Of a stretch of DNA of 64,000 nucleotides, positions 39,314-52,200 are shown piece by piece. This DNA comes from Tubulanus polymorphus (Eukaryota > Animalia > Nemertea). Below the pieces are notes generated by a model. It saw nothing but the letters and a program-made list of their open reading frames with translations. It ran no database searches and was not told the origin of the DNA. Both the position numbers and the translations under genes were made by a program. Numbering within the stretch: position 1 is the stretch's first letter; each line of letters begins with the position of its first letter. The stretch is from assembly GCF_964204645.1 (NCBI RefSeq), contig NC_134028.1, positions 14,949,653-15,013,652 of the forward strand, in the 5' to 3' direction.

Positions 39314-42300
39314 ACACATTATTATTCGAAAATGGAATTATTAAATTCGTGGAATCAGTTGTAAAGCTGAAAAAAGAAATACGATTATGATTGGGCCAGG
39401 ATAAAGACAAAGCAATAAGTAACCTGGCAGACTAGGTTGAGGCAAATGTATGATTCATCTGTGGAACACTGACCGAGGCTACAATATTGTAACCTAGGTC
39501 GGTTGACTTGCACAGATTTTCCTGTTAACACTGACCGAGGCTACAATATTGTAACCTCGGTCGGTTCACTGCATTAATCCATTAATCCAAGATCAAGATC
39601 AGTCAGTTAACTTGATCAGCTTTTGAAGTTATTGCGGGTCCGATATCAGTCGGTTGATCTGTAGTTTTGACTAACGTGGAATCCAAAAGTGTTTCCGTCA
39701 AACTTCTCCTATCATTGATGAATTACATGAACAGTACATCGTACACATTCCTAATTAAGGGTTTAAAAGAAGTTTAAGTGCGAGCCTTATACATATATTA
39801 TGAATTGCCATGATTGATAAGAAAACGTTTTTAGAATCGGATGACAATTAATATAGAATTGGAGTCAGATGTGCATTGTTTTGGGGGTGTTCAAACTTCG
39901 CTGAATCACTGAATCGTTGATTATTATATTAATTTCGCTGATTTGAATTCATTTCCAAATACGCTGAATCCATGTACATTTTACATATTCTAAAGAAAAT
40001 GTTTCATTGATAAATTTCGTTATATATTTTCTATAAAAATTCATTTGGATTAGGGTAATGAATGTATTTTTGCGGAGAGTGGTAAGGCCTTTCGGCTTAT
40101 GTCTGTGCTTAGATGTAGTCTTTCGGCTTTAATTCGCCCTGGGGACCCGAGTTTCAGATATGACAGAAAAATATACAAAAAATCGTGACGATTGTTAGTT
40201 GAGGCAACAATTGAGATGAAATTGGATGTGATCACAAATAGCAAATAAACTGACACCTGCTTGTCCTAACCAGGCTGCTTAAGATACCACAATGTTAGAG
40301 CGCTGTTAACCACATGAATCTTGCTCTGAAGGCCCTATTGTCGTCATATATGCGGTCACTTATATGATTTAATCATTTATCATAAATTGTTTATTTTACA
40401 ATTATTTGAAAAAATTAGTGAAATGAAAACAATTATTGTTATTCACACAGCATTCAGCGTGTCAGCGATTCAGTGACTCAGCAAAGTTCAAAATTCTTGT
40501 TTTGGATGGAGATTGATACAGAAATCGAAAGGCGGAATCAAAGAAATATCTATCCCAGTTTTGAGCTCAAACGAAAGGCTGAATCCAAGAACGTGTCTCT
40601 CGCACTTTTGAGCCCAAACATCTATTTTACTTAGTAGCCACTTAGCAATTAACAATATCAGCTACTTTCCCAGTAGTTTACATTAAACATCAGTCACTCC
40701 GAAATAGTTTACCTTTCAATTCAGTTGGTTTTCCAAAGTAGCTGTTAGAAAGAGTCTACTGCTGAAAAGTGACGGTTTTAAAACATCTGATGTGCTAGTG
40801 TGCTAGCATTTTGATAGTGCACACTGGCAGGTGACTGCAACCAACGGATTGTAAACAGCGACCTACCGATAGTAACTCCTACCACGATAGCTTTATGCTA
40901 GGTTCATACACACGATTTTTCGTCGAGAAATCGAGCAACTCGCAGTCGAGCACAACTATTTTGAAGTGAGTCATGTGTGTGAACTCTCAAAACACATCGT
41001 TTCTAAACGTCAACTAGTGAAAAGTGACCATTTTGAGATGGCATGGTAATTTCCTGTTCAAAGTAGCCACATCTGTTAAAGATTTGCAGTGATACGTGAC
41101 AGGTTCAAAGTTCCCAGCCCCCCCCCCCCCCTGTTAAAATATCCTCTAGGTAAATATCCCCCTTGCTAACAGCAAAATTTAATAAAATACTTCAATCTAC
41201 TGATTTTGAAAAACTTAAATCGTTTCAACAATTTCAAATTTTCTGTGTTGTTTTTCCCAATATTCATCTTGAATAATCTGTGACTTTAACTAAGCTACGT
41301 ACAAATAAGATGACATAATTCTGTAACTTTTAGCAAGCAACATGCATAAAAAATGATATTATCAGACGTAGTTTTTAATCTGAAGAAATCTTGTTTAAAA
41401 GTATTAGTTAAATATTTATGTACCCTGTGTTAAAAGTATCAGGTGGAGAGGCCCATGTACTTTTTCACAAAAATAGCATTTGGACCTTTCAAGGAGATCG
41501 GTGTGCAGCAAAGATATACGCGTTACCTCCGCTATGAGATTTTCAGGCGGGTGGGGAATTCAGGTCACCCGGGTCTATAGTCATGAACACTGTACTATAA
41601 CGTCCAGACATCCATCTAAAAGAGTCCATGCTCGTAGGTACCAGGTACATAGTATCCAGGCAGCAGCCGAATAATTTGGGTCACCTGCAATGTAATATAA
41701 CCATAGAAATTAAGCACTGCTAACTAACAGCTGATAGAGTTCATCAGAGCATCCAAAATTTAAATCTCCAGAAATCTATCTACGGTTTTTTATGTAGTGG
41801 ATGCCATGTGTCCCTCTAATCGCCTTCATCAACGCAAACATTTAACACATGTGACGATTTTAACTGCTAAATCTGCCAGCGATCACTCGATACCGTTACT
41901 TTTCATAGTTGATAACTTAAAAGTGAGATTGAAACAATCCTTCCCGTATAAAATGTAAAAAAAGGAACACCTAAAACGGTCACCTAAAACGCATTCATAG
42001 TCATATAGTCTTGGATAATTACATGCCACATAATCATTTTAGTTCAGGAATCGAAATGTTTGAAGCTCGGTTTAAAAATCCTCCGATATTTAACAAGTGT
42101 TTTAAAGAACACTGATATGTTTGATAACAGGGTCGAATGGCTTATTTTGAACATTTCATCCAATTCCAAATTGGCTACGTATTTCAGCCTAGGTTTCATG
42201 CTTTTTGAGACAGGATGATTTGATATTGTTTTAACAATCAAGAGAAATCCCTCAAGAAAATCAAGACGCGGGGAATATATTAAGAGCAACGTTTCGCCTA

Positions 42301-44328
42301 AAAAATTGAAAAGCCAAATTGTATTTCTAATATAACACATGTGCATGATCAGGCCTCATGACAGATAGGCTACTACTCAACGGTGAAAGCCTTAAAATTC
42401 TGCTGACCTGCATTAATTTGTATTAAACAACAAACGTAAGTGACTTAAGCAAGGGTACAAAACGCGGACAGCGATTTTATTGTGTGAATCAATAATATAC
42501 ATAGTAAAGCATATATAGCCTTGGTATTTTTCTGTGCAGAAAGTGTCTTTGATGTTTGAGCTAAATGATTGAATGCAATCTGAATAACTGAGCAATAATG
42601 TTTTAACGCTACAGAGCTACCCCTCCCTCTCCGTAACTTTCAATCAATTTACGGTCCTAAAACCATTTTGTATCAATAGCTACATTAGAGTAGATGTTGA
42701 TTTAATTTCCAATAACAGAAACAATTAGTAGTCGTTGTTTTCGGAAATCCAACTTGTCAGACTTGTGTCAGGTGTGTCAGAAAATATGTTACCCAAGCTT
42801 TGAGACTTAAACTTAAGTGTTTGCCTTAGGTCGGGATTTTCAAACGCAAAAAGAACCCATTCATGGCTAAGAATTTAATTACCTTGGAACCGGGTTTTTT
42901 TTATGGCTCTGAAAATGGACTTATTAAAAACAAAGAATATATAAGGATTGTTGCAGTGTGTACATATATTTGTCAACGATCACCTGACATTCAAGACATG
43001 ATTGTCACCAAATAACCATGACCTCAATTCTTGTTATATCTTTGTGTTCATTTGTAAAATCTTATGTTCATATTCAAGATAGCACGAATCAAGGACTTCG
43101 GTAAGAAACAGATTTTGAGAAATACTGATTCTGATATGTCATCTGTGAGGAAAAGGAGACATCAAGCTTAATTGCTGTTCTTGGTTCGACTCCGTTTTCA
43201 TAGCCATTTTAAACATAGTAGTGCGCACCCGGTAAATCGAACAGTCAACTTACCGAGTCAACAGGTCATTTTTTCAAACTCAAAATAAAATGTTGGCTGC
43301 ATTGCTCTTCCAGATCGATATTTGAATATTTATTCAAACAAAATCTTTGGTCGGGATATATTTAACATAAAACCAGACAAGAGAAAATTAGACACAATTG
43401 TGTACCGGGTATATATGTTGATATTTCCTCTGTTCACAAGTTTACAACTGCTTAGTGGCTAGCAACTTTGGTGCTTTTTGCTAACATCTGTTTTTATAAA
43501 TTATTTAAATCGTTGTTGACTCCTGACCACCCAACTTGAGTACGTCCACTAACAACCGTCTTGTTTGGTTCTCGCGTGGAAACCCTGCATATTTTTTTAG
43601 TCTATATCTACTTGTAAAACTAGACACGACATAATGATTGACAGTTCAGATAACACATGTGTTTTTTTGCTGCTAGCAGAAAATTAGTCCATTGTAAATA
43701 ATTTCTTGATTTATAAAGGAAACTTATTTAGTTAACATTCTAACCGTGTGATTCCCTAGTTTTCGGAATTCTGACATTTTAGGAATTGTGCGCATAAACG
43801 CTGCTTTTCAAATGAAATTTGGAATTTAAAGATAATTGCAGTTTTCTAATACGTGAATTTGAAACTGTGGTAGGTTATCGCTATAATTGCTATAACACAA
43901 TTATCCTTCACGATTAAAACTATGGAAACTAACTCCATCCTTTATATTTCAATTCATATTTTGACACAGAATAGCGAACAGTAGGACCTTCTCAAGACGA
44001 AATAAAAAACAGATTCTCTCTGTCACCACATCATCAAAATACTGTTTATGGCAACATCCAATTGGCCAGTACTTCAAAGACTGTAAAAACAACCGACTGG
44101 GGTTGGGCCAGTGATCGCAAGCAAAGGTCATGCAGTAAATCGACCGAGGCTACAATATTGTAGCCTCGGTCAGTGCTAACAGTTGAATCACACGTTCTAT
44201 GCAAACCCGCACTGCTAGGTAACAATTTATCTATCATTCCCTTGACCGAAGCATAACCGTTTTTCTTTTTTCAGCTTTACAATTGATTCCATGAATTTAA
44301 TAAAACCATTTTCGAATAATAATGTGTT
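39314..44328. repeat. Inverted pair of about 190-bp repeats (39314-39500, 44140-44328) carrying an internal palindrome
   Basis: acacatttattattcgaaaatgg... versus ...ccattttcgaataataatgtgt; palindrome ACCGAGGCTACAATATTGTAGCCTCGGT at 44143-44170 with variants near 39473 and 39534. Confidence 0.65.
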
Positions 44329-45477
44329 AAAAAGGTTTCTTGAAAATATTGACAGGTAACCACTTATAGTCTTGATATTTGGTAAATAATATCACTGTGG
44401 TAGTATTCATCTCCTCATGTGGAATTGGGGTAACCCAGTGTTTCAGCACCAATGAACAGAGAAGTGGCCTAGATTGTGTTATGATGACACAGGTTTAGCA
44501 GGAATGGTGTATGGCAGACCCGATCTGGCCTGCACCTGGGGAGTTGAAAATTGAATTATATACAATTTTCCTATATATTGGTACCTAGGGTTATCTTGTA
44601 ACCGCAATCGATCGCAACATGTAGCTCGTGACATGTTCTATGATTGTGGAGATTTTCAAGGTTATCAGTTATTGTACATGGTCACCAGGGTGTGCTACAA
44701 TGTGAATAGTACAAGCAGAATACAAGTATTTTCATATTATATCAGTACCTATGCATATTTTGTAATCACAGTCAACTGCATAATTGTAGCTAGTTCTATG
44801 AGTTTTAAGGTCATAGGTTTAATATGTTCACCAGGGGGCATTGAATATTGAAATGTTCTGTTTGTTGAGCATTTCAAACCACTTCCCTGGACCCCTAGTT
44901 GGACGTTTTTAAGACAATGGATTGTCTTGATATATCACTTTACACATGTAACCACCCTAGACAAATATACAACCCTGACACAGGTCCAGTTAGAAACAAG
45001 ATGGCGTAATGGCGGCCATTTTTAAAAACAAAGGAAAACAAACTTTTCACACATTTTTAGGCCAGCTGTAGGCTAAGCCTTTTACTATAAAAGTTGAGTG
45101 AATTTAAATGATGTAGTTTCCAGAGGAATGCCATATATTCAGACAAATCATGCATTCAAGCAATATCCATTCTCCAATTCCTAGGACACCAAATTTTGAA
45201 AAGGGGGTTTCAATTTACGGGCGGTATTTAGCGAAAATCTCAACGCAATGATATTAGTTTTAAAAAGCCAATCAGAAAGCAAAGTTTTCTCTATAATTGG
45301 CTTAGCCACAGCTGGTGTTCATGAAAAGTAGTGGGGTCATTATATAAAGAATGATAAAGTTAACAAAACGCAGCATAGCTATGTCAAATGATAGGCTGCT
45401 TGTTTCATATTCAACCTTCATCAATGAGAACTTTGATTCCGTAAGGCCTTTTGATATTAGAGGATTTGGTTTTTCAG

Positions 45478-46567
45478 GGAAAACGATCCCATATTTCAAC
45501 TCTGTACTCATCTACGAATTCGAGAGCGAAAAACAACAACAAGAAAGATCTTGCCTTCACCGGAGATCAAAATTGAATTGCGAGGAAACAAAAAACATAA
45601 ACTTATGCAGATGGTGCAGGATATTTCAACAAAGGATCATCAGGCGAGTGACCAAGAAAATAGCAAAAGGGTTCCAGTTAATGCAGAAGAGCTATTGCAG
45701 GAAATAAAAACTGACGAGGATTCATATCAAACCATGAAATGGATGTTAAACCAAACTCTTTTCAATCATCCCCTCATTTATATCATCAACAAGCAAATAT
45801 CCACTGCTAAAAAGCTGCATGACTCTCAGGAAGTATGTGAACTAGTTGGAATACCTGAAATGATTGTCAATGACCATAGTTATGCTAGAAAATCCCCAGC
45901 ACAATCTACTGATTTAGCTGCTTACAGTATGTCGGCAACGCCGTCCATGAATTCATTGAATGGATTCTCAGATATGTCGACTGGTACTCCAGTGTGTCCT
46001 GTTCGCATTTCAAATCCACTCTGCCCTCCTGTAAAATTGGCGTCAATGTTATCAGCAGTTGATCAAGTGGCAAAGAGTCAGGAATGTTTTTTAAACCCAA
46101 ATCCAGTTATTGTTCCATTACATATGAATGAACCACCATTTTCATTGTCGCCAATATTAACCGTGCAGCTGTCCCCTGGATTATTGGATTACCCTCAGTT
46201 GGCTCCCAACAATATATCAGGAATCTCATTTATTCCAAATCTGAATCAGATATCTGGTAAAAATAGTATTAACAGTTCTACTTGCTCAGTAACAGGCAGC
46301 ATACATAGTACTTCATCTAGTTCTGACCATCTAGCTACCGGTAAAGTTTTAACTAGACAGCAGGACACCTGTTCATTAGAGACTGTAGTAGACAGTCTTT
46401 CGGAGAGTGATTTATTTGAATCAAACGTTAGTAGTCTGCCAGAAAAAAAAGAAACCACTCAACCAGAGAAGATTGTAACTGGCAATATAAGTTCCTCTTT
46501 TATGAGTGCGCCTGGTTGGTTTGGTAAAGGTTTTAACCCAAGACGATCGCGTAAACGTAAATTATAA
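45478..46567 (+). CDS. SIRT7: Sirtuin-7 last coding exon with long S/P/T-rich extension
   Basis: TTTTCAG acceptor; ENDPIFQLCTHLR matches the SIRT7 DPIF motif; in frame with ORF 45551-46567, ending PGWFGKGFNPRRSRKRKL like the SIRT7 C-terminal GWFGxG plus basic tail. Confidence 0.92.
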
Positions 46568-46755
46568 GAACCAATCACATAGGTTTATTTCGTTTCAATT
46601 AGAATTTTTTTAAAATGGGTTAATTGCTTGGTTAGATAACCTGAAATGTGTTGTAGTGTTGTATATTATGTATAGAGTTTATGCACTCAACCCATTGAAT
46701 GTGTAGTGTAGGAAATCAATGTAACCGGCAAACCTTGGGTAAAACCTTCGCAATA

Positions 46756-47311
46756 CAGTCAACCCCACATAAGTCGTCATCGAATTAGTCGTATCATCAT
46801 ATATCTCGTATATTTAATTTGGTCCCGACTTTCCTCTTAGTTAAACCTTATGAAATTATGCTTATAACTAGCACTTCATAATTCCTATTTTCATAGTCGT
46901 ATCGTTTCGTGCAAGTCGTAATTTTAGAAGCCAAATCATCTGATTCCATTCAAAATATCTCGCATAAGTCGTAGCCCGATATGCCATAGCAGAACATAAA
47001 AAATACGCTACAATATTGTCAGTGTAAGTGTTCAGACAGTTACAATGTAATTTTCTTGTGACGTCTGCGTGGTGCAGGTGGTAGCTTTAATTGATTGATT
47101 GAGCGATATAGGATCTGCTCATGATACGACGAGCCATGCTGGAATCTGAACATCGTATATCGTATTTTCATTATCGGTTATTCGCGGTATTCGTATAAAA
47201 CCAGGACTTAAAGATAACTCATAAAAATACGACTTACACGTTACTCGTACATCACGTAAGTCGTAGTAAAAGTGTCAGTCTTGAGGACTACGACTTATAT
47301 GGCGTTGACTG
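46756..47311. mobile_element. Tc1/mariner (pogo/Tigger-like) MITE, TA TSD
   Basis: TA-CAGTCAACCCCACATAAGTCGT...ACGACTTATATGGCGTTGACTG-TA. Confidence 0.85.
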
Positions 47312-49074
47312 TATTACCAAAATATACACCCAAAAATATGGACACATGAAATTACTGTTCATTTCTAGGTGCATAATCACTTAAGAATACTGTTGTTGTG
47401 ACTCAACACTTGATCAATGTTATTCTGTCTGTCGTCAGATCTCATTTTGTTTAGATAGTGTTTCAGTTTACCCAGTACCAATAGGAAATTCGACGTGTTA
47501 TGGCGTTATTAATACAATGTCAGTCTTATAAATAATCGATTCATTTAAGAGAAAAGTTTATTTAGATTTCATTGAAATGTAAAAGAAATCAAATGCAGAT
47601 TACCTACTATCTACTATTAACAAACCTGGCGGATCCTCGCCTGCCATATGTGGAATCCTCTATTGCCACAGTAACACTGTGGGTTGCCCATTACTTGGAG
47701 CGCAGATTTTTTTCAAGGAAAAAAAATGGGATGGCAAAGAGAAAATCGTGAGATGTTCCAATTATGCAGTAATTAGCTTTCTAATTTCGATATGTTTTTG
47801 CAAAAATTATGGTCCATCCAAAAAAATTATGTTATTGCTGTTCCCTATATGGTTACTGTTACACCCCACAAGTCTGACACTCCACTTGTCCGACACCCTG
47901 CTAGTCTGAGGCCCCACTAATCCGACCATACATACATTGAAAATTATTTTTGAAATGTCTCATTCATCTACCCTCAAAAAGCTTTTCAATTTGCTGCTCC
48001 TGCACTTTGGAATGTTCAGCCTCTACTCCTACGAGCGAAAATTTAAATTCAAACCTGAAAACATATCTCTTCAAACGAATCTAGCTATTTGTCTTAATGT
48101 TTTAAACAAATCAACAATTTTCGTAATTTCAATGTTATGTACTTCACCGATTTTTAGCCCACTTGGGACTTAAGTCCCAGCGGGCTATTGCGTTCACTTT
48201 TCGTCCGTCCGTCCGTCCGTCCGTCCGTCCGTCCGTCCGTAGACGGAATCCAGTTATTTTGGGAAGTTTTAAAGACGCTTCAAGGTAATGTCTTGATATT
48301 TGGGGTACACATGTATCTACCCTAGACACATCTTCAGCCCAAAAACTGGCCCTGTTAGAATCAAGATGGCGGACTAGCAGCCATTGTTGTTCGCCAAAAT
48401 CAGCACTTTTTACACATTTTTGAACTTTTTGAGGGAAATTTTGAAGACGCTTTGATCAATTACCTTGGTCTTTCGGATATATGTGAATCCCCCCAGGGCC
48501 CATCAACATAACAAAAATTGGGTCGGTCGGACTCAAGATGGCCGTCCTATGACCTTTTTAGTGCCCAAAAATGTTAATTTTGGCCCGAATTCTGAGTCCT
48601 GTAGCTTCCTACTGGTTTGCCATTTCTAATTGCAATTTGTGATGGGTATTCTATGGAAAGGGATGTTTTATACCTGAGACAGGTATTTTTCATCAGCCAA
48701 TTATGATGCAATTGGCGGCCATCTTTGTGTCACCAGTACTCATTCGTAATTGGGAAAAAGTTTTTCCACATTATATTGATACCTAAGCGTATTTTGCTAC
48801 CAATCAATTAGAAAGTTGTAGCTCATAACGTGTTCTATGATTGTTGTGAGTTTCAAGGTATTGGATTTCGTATATGGCCACCAGGGGGCGTTGAATAATA
48901 CAATATCTTAGCATTTCTTTATTATATTCGTACCTATGCATATTTTGTAACCACAATCAATTGGAAAGTTGTAGCTCATGACATCATCTATGATTGTTGC
49001 GAGTTTTAAGGACATTAGTTTTCCTATATGGTCACCAGGGGGCGTTGAATAGTAGAATAACTTAGTATTTCCTT

Positions 49075-49226
49075 TGTTGGAGATATGATTTAGTCATTGA
49101 AACGGTAGATTAACTTTTATATATTTTCCATGCTCCAACGCTCACCGGGGTTGGCGGGATTAGGCAGAATAAACGGTGTTCTCGTACTATAGAGACGTAG
49201 TTGTATATATCGAGGAAATATCGACA
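49075..49226 (+). repeat. 5' LTR
   Basis: TGTTGGAGA...ATCGACA; identical by eye to 54692-54843; contains AATAAA. Confidence 0.97.
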
Positions 49227-49252
49227 TTTTGGTCCCTCTTGAGCTTGGAAAA

Positions 49253-52200
49253 ATGAGCAGGGATACGATCGTGCGATCTAGGAACGCCCACCGGGGGCAT
49301 TACGATAATCAAATTATGAAGATTAACGCATTAATCGGTACATCTGATTATACTAAATCGCAAGAAATCTGCATCATTTTGGAAAGCGTTCGAGGAAGAT
49401 TAGCTAAAATTGAGGAATTGAATGAAAGGATATGTGAATTGTCGACCGATGATCAGTTCGCAGCATTTTTCGAAGGAGCGGAGGAGGATATTCTGTCAAA
49501 AAAATTGGATTTGCGAAAAGTGGAATCAAAACTCATCGATTGGCCTCTTGGAAATTCAGGACAAGGAAATTCAGGACAAGTAAATTCAGGACTATCTAGG
49601 AATTCTGACAACGCTAGAAAGGTAAATCTACCAAAATTAATTCTACCCAAATTTTCTGGAAAAATACTAGAATGGTCTGGCTTTTGGGATAGCTTTGACA
49701 GCGCTGTAAACTCGTCCACCATGATGACTTATGTTCAGAAATTCACTTATTTGAAAGCCCAGCTCATTGGAGAAGCAGCTGACGCTATTGCTGGTTTGCC
49801 AATAACAGAAAATGCTTATAAGGAAGCCTGTACAATTTTGAAAAGTCGATTCGAAAGCCACACGTAGTTACAAAGGCATATATGCGTGCCGTGATTGATT
49901 TGGAAAAGCCTTTATACACTTATATTAGTCTCCGTAAATTTTCCGATAAATTGGGCTCGTATATGCGTACATTGAGAACATACGGTAAAGACGACGATTA
50001 TTTCGGCGGTATATTGGTCCCTATTGTTATGGACAAGTTGCCCAGTGAAGTACAACGTAACCTAGCGAGAAAATATGGTGACCGTGAATATAGCTTAAGC
50101 GAGGTTATTAGTGGGCTGGAAAATGAGGTTTTTGTCATGGGAGCTGGTTACCAACCTGGCACAAAGCCCGAAGAAATTTCCACAATTGTCGTTGGTTCTG
50201 CAGGTATTCGACGCCAGACTGGTCCTTTGAAGTGTCACTATTGTTCAGCTGGACATAAAGCTACCAACTGTATTCAATTCGTAACCGTCGAAGCGAGGAA
50301 AAATCGAATAAAACAACTTGGTCTTTGTTTTAACTGCTTAATGTCGAGTCATCAGTCACGTCAGTGTCCGTCAAGAATCAAATGTAAAAAATGCCATGTT
50401 GGAAGACATCACACTAGTATTTGTACCGGAAGTCAGTCACGAGGACAAGCACAGACTGGAGGACAGGGTTCGAGTTCAGATTTGGCAGGTGTTCAAAACG
50501 AAAGAGTACCAAATTCGTCATTACAAAATGGTCAAGGTCAAGGTCAAAGTCACGTCTCTGCTGCGGTCCATGATAATGCTGATTCTAGCCAGGTAGATGT
50601 AATTCAGAATATTGATGCCCCAACCGTATCCAGGAATGTTGCTGTTGCTGTCTCTGGAAATTACTGTAATGCTACACTTCAAGGAGGATTACTGAAAACT
50701 GCTGTTTCGTAAGTTGAAAATGCTGTATCGGGAATTAGAACGAAAGCTAATATTTTATTAGATGATGGGTCTCAAAGAAGTTTTATTCAAGAGTCGTTGG
50801 CTGAAGAACTTCAACTTGTTACTGAGCGTGAAGAACTGTTACGATTGGCTAGTTTCGGGTCTCAGTCGGCAAGTGATGTACGTCTTCTTCCTGTGGTTAA
50901 ACTAAGGTTGATATGCAGAGGTGAAGAAGTTTTTGAGATGGAGTTACTTGTCGTTCCGGAAATTGCAGCACCGATAAAGAATATGTCTAAAATTACTAAA
51001 GAATTTTCTCATTTGGAAAATTTGACATTAGCGCATCCCGTTGATGATACTGATTTATTCAACATCACTGTACTAATCGGATCGGATTATTACTACAATA
51101 TTGTTAAAGATGAGATAATCAGAGGATCGAGTGAAAATTATCCCGTGGCAGTTAATTCGAAAATTGGTTATTTATTGTCGGGTCCGATCAGCGAAGCATA
51201 TAGTAGTCATTCGTCCGCGTCAATGGTGACAATGCTAGACACATTGGTTAACAGTACCGACGATAAACTCAATATGAAAAGACTATGGGAATTGGAATCT
51301 ATAGGGATTGAAAGTCCTGATGCATCGAAGCGTGAGTCAGTTTCTATGGAGGAGTACTGTGCTGAGTCGATTAAATTTACCGACGGTAAATATGTTGCGC
51401 GTCTACCATGGAAGAGTGACCACCCGCCATTGAATGACAATTTTACAATGTGTCGTGCACGGACTATGTCGACTATAAAACGATTGGTAAGCAATTCAAT
51501 GTTGGAGACTTATGCTGGTCTAATAACAGAACAAGAAAGAAGAGGATTTATAGAACGAGTTCCAGACGCAGCACCAACTGATGGATCATGTCATTATTTA
51601 CCACATCATGCCGTGATAAAAGACTCTAGTACAACACCGCTCCGTATTGTCTTTGATTGTAGCTGTAAGACAAATTCATCCATAAGCTTGAACGACTGTC
51701 TGGAATCGGGACCCCCTCTACACAATGATATTGTCGGAATGTTATTGCGTTTTAGAATCGGGAGATATGCTGCGGTCTCAGACTTGGAAAAAGCTTTTCT
51801 ATCCATCCTTCTGGCAGAACAGGATAGAGATATGACACGTTTTCTCTGGTTAGAAGATCCGAAAAATCCAGGAAGTAATTTGGTGACATTCAGATTTCGC
51901 GCGGTATTGTTTGGAGCAACGTGCTCGCCGTTCATTCTTAATGCTACAGTCCTTAAACATTTACAGCTGAATACGTCATCAATCACTGATTTGATTGCTA
52001 AGAATATATACGTGGATAACGTCATAATCTCGATGAATGAGCAGTCATCTATGACAGATTTTTACGAACATTCTCGTCAGTTATTGAAGAAAGGTGGTTT
52101 TAATTTACGATCATGGAGTAGTAATTGTCCAGAAGTAATGGAACGAGCGGAACGAGATGGTGTTGCTGAGAAATCGGTTAAAGTGAAGGTACTTGGACTC

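Noticed and set aside
44400-44560. Possible SINE central-domain fragment
   Set aside because: Only a vague resemblance; no Pol III head, tail or second copy in the window.
49075-49226. LTR length (152 bp) matching the HINE repeat period
   Set aside because: No sequence similarity between them; treated as coincidence.
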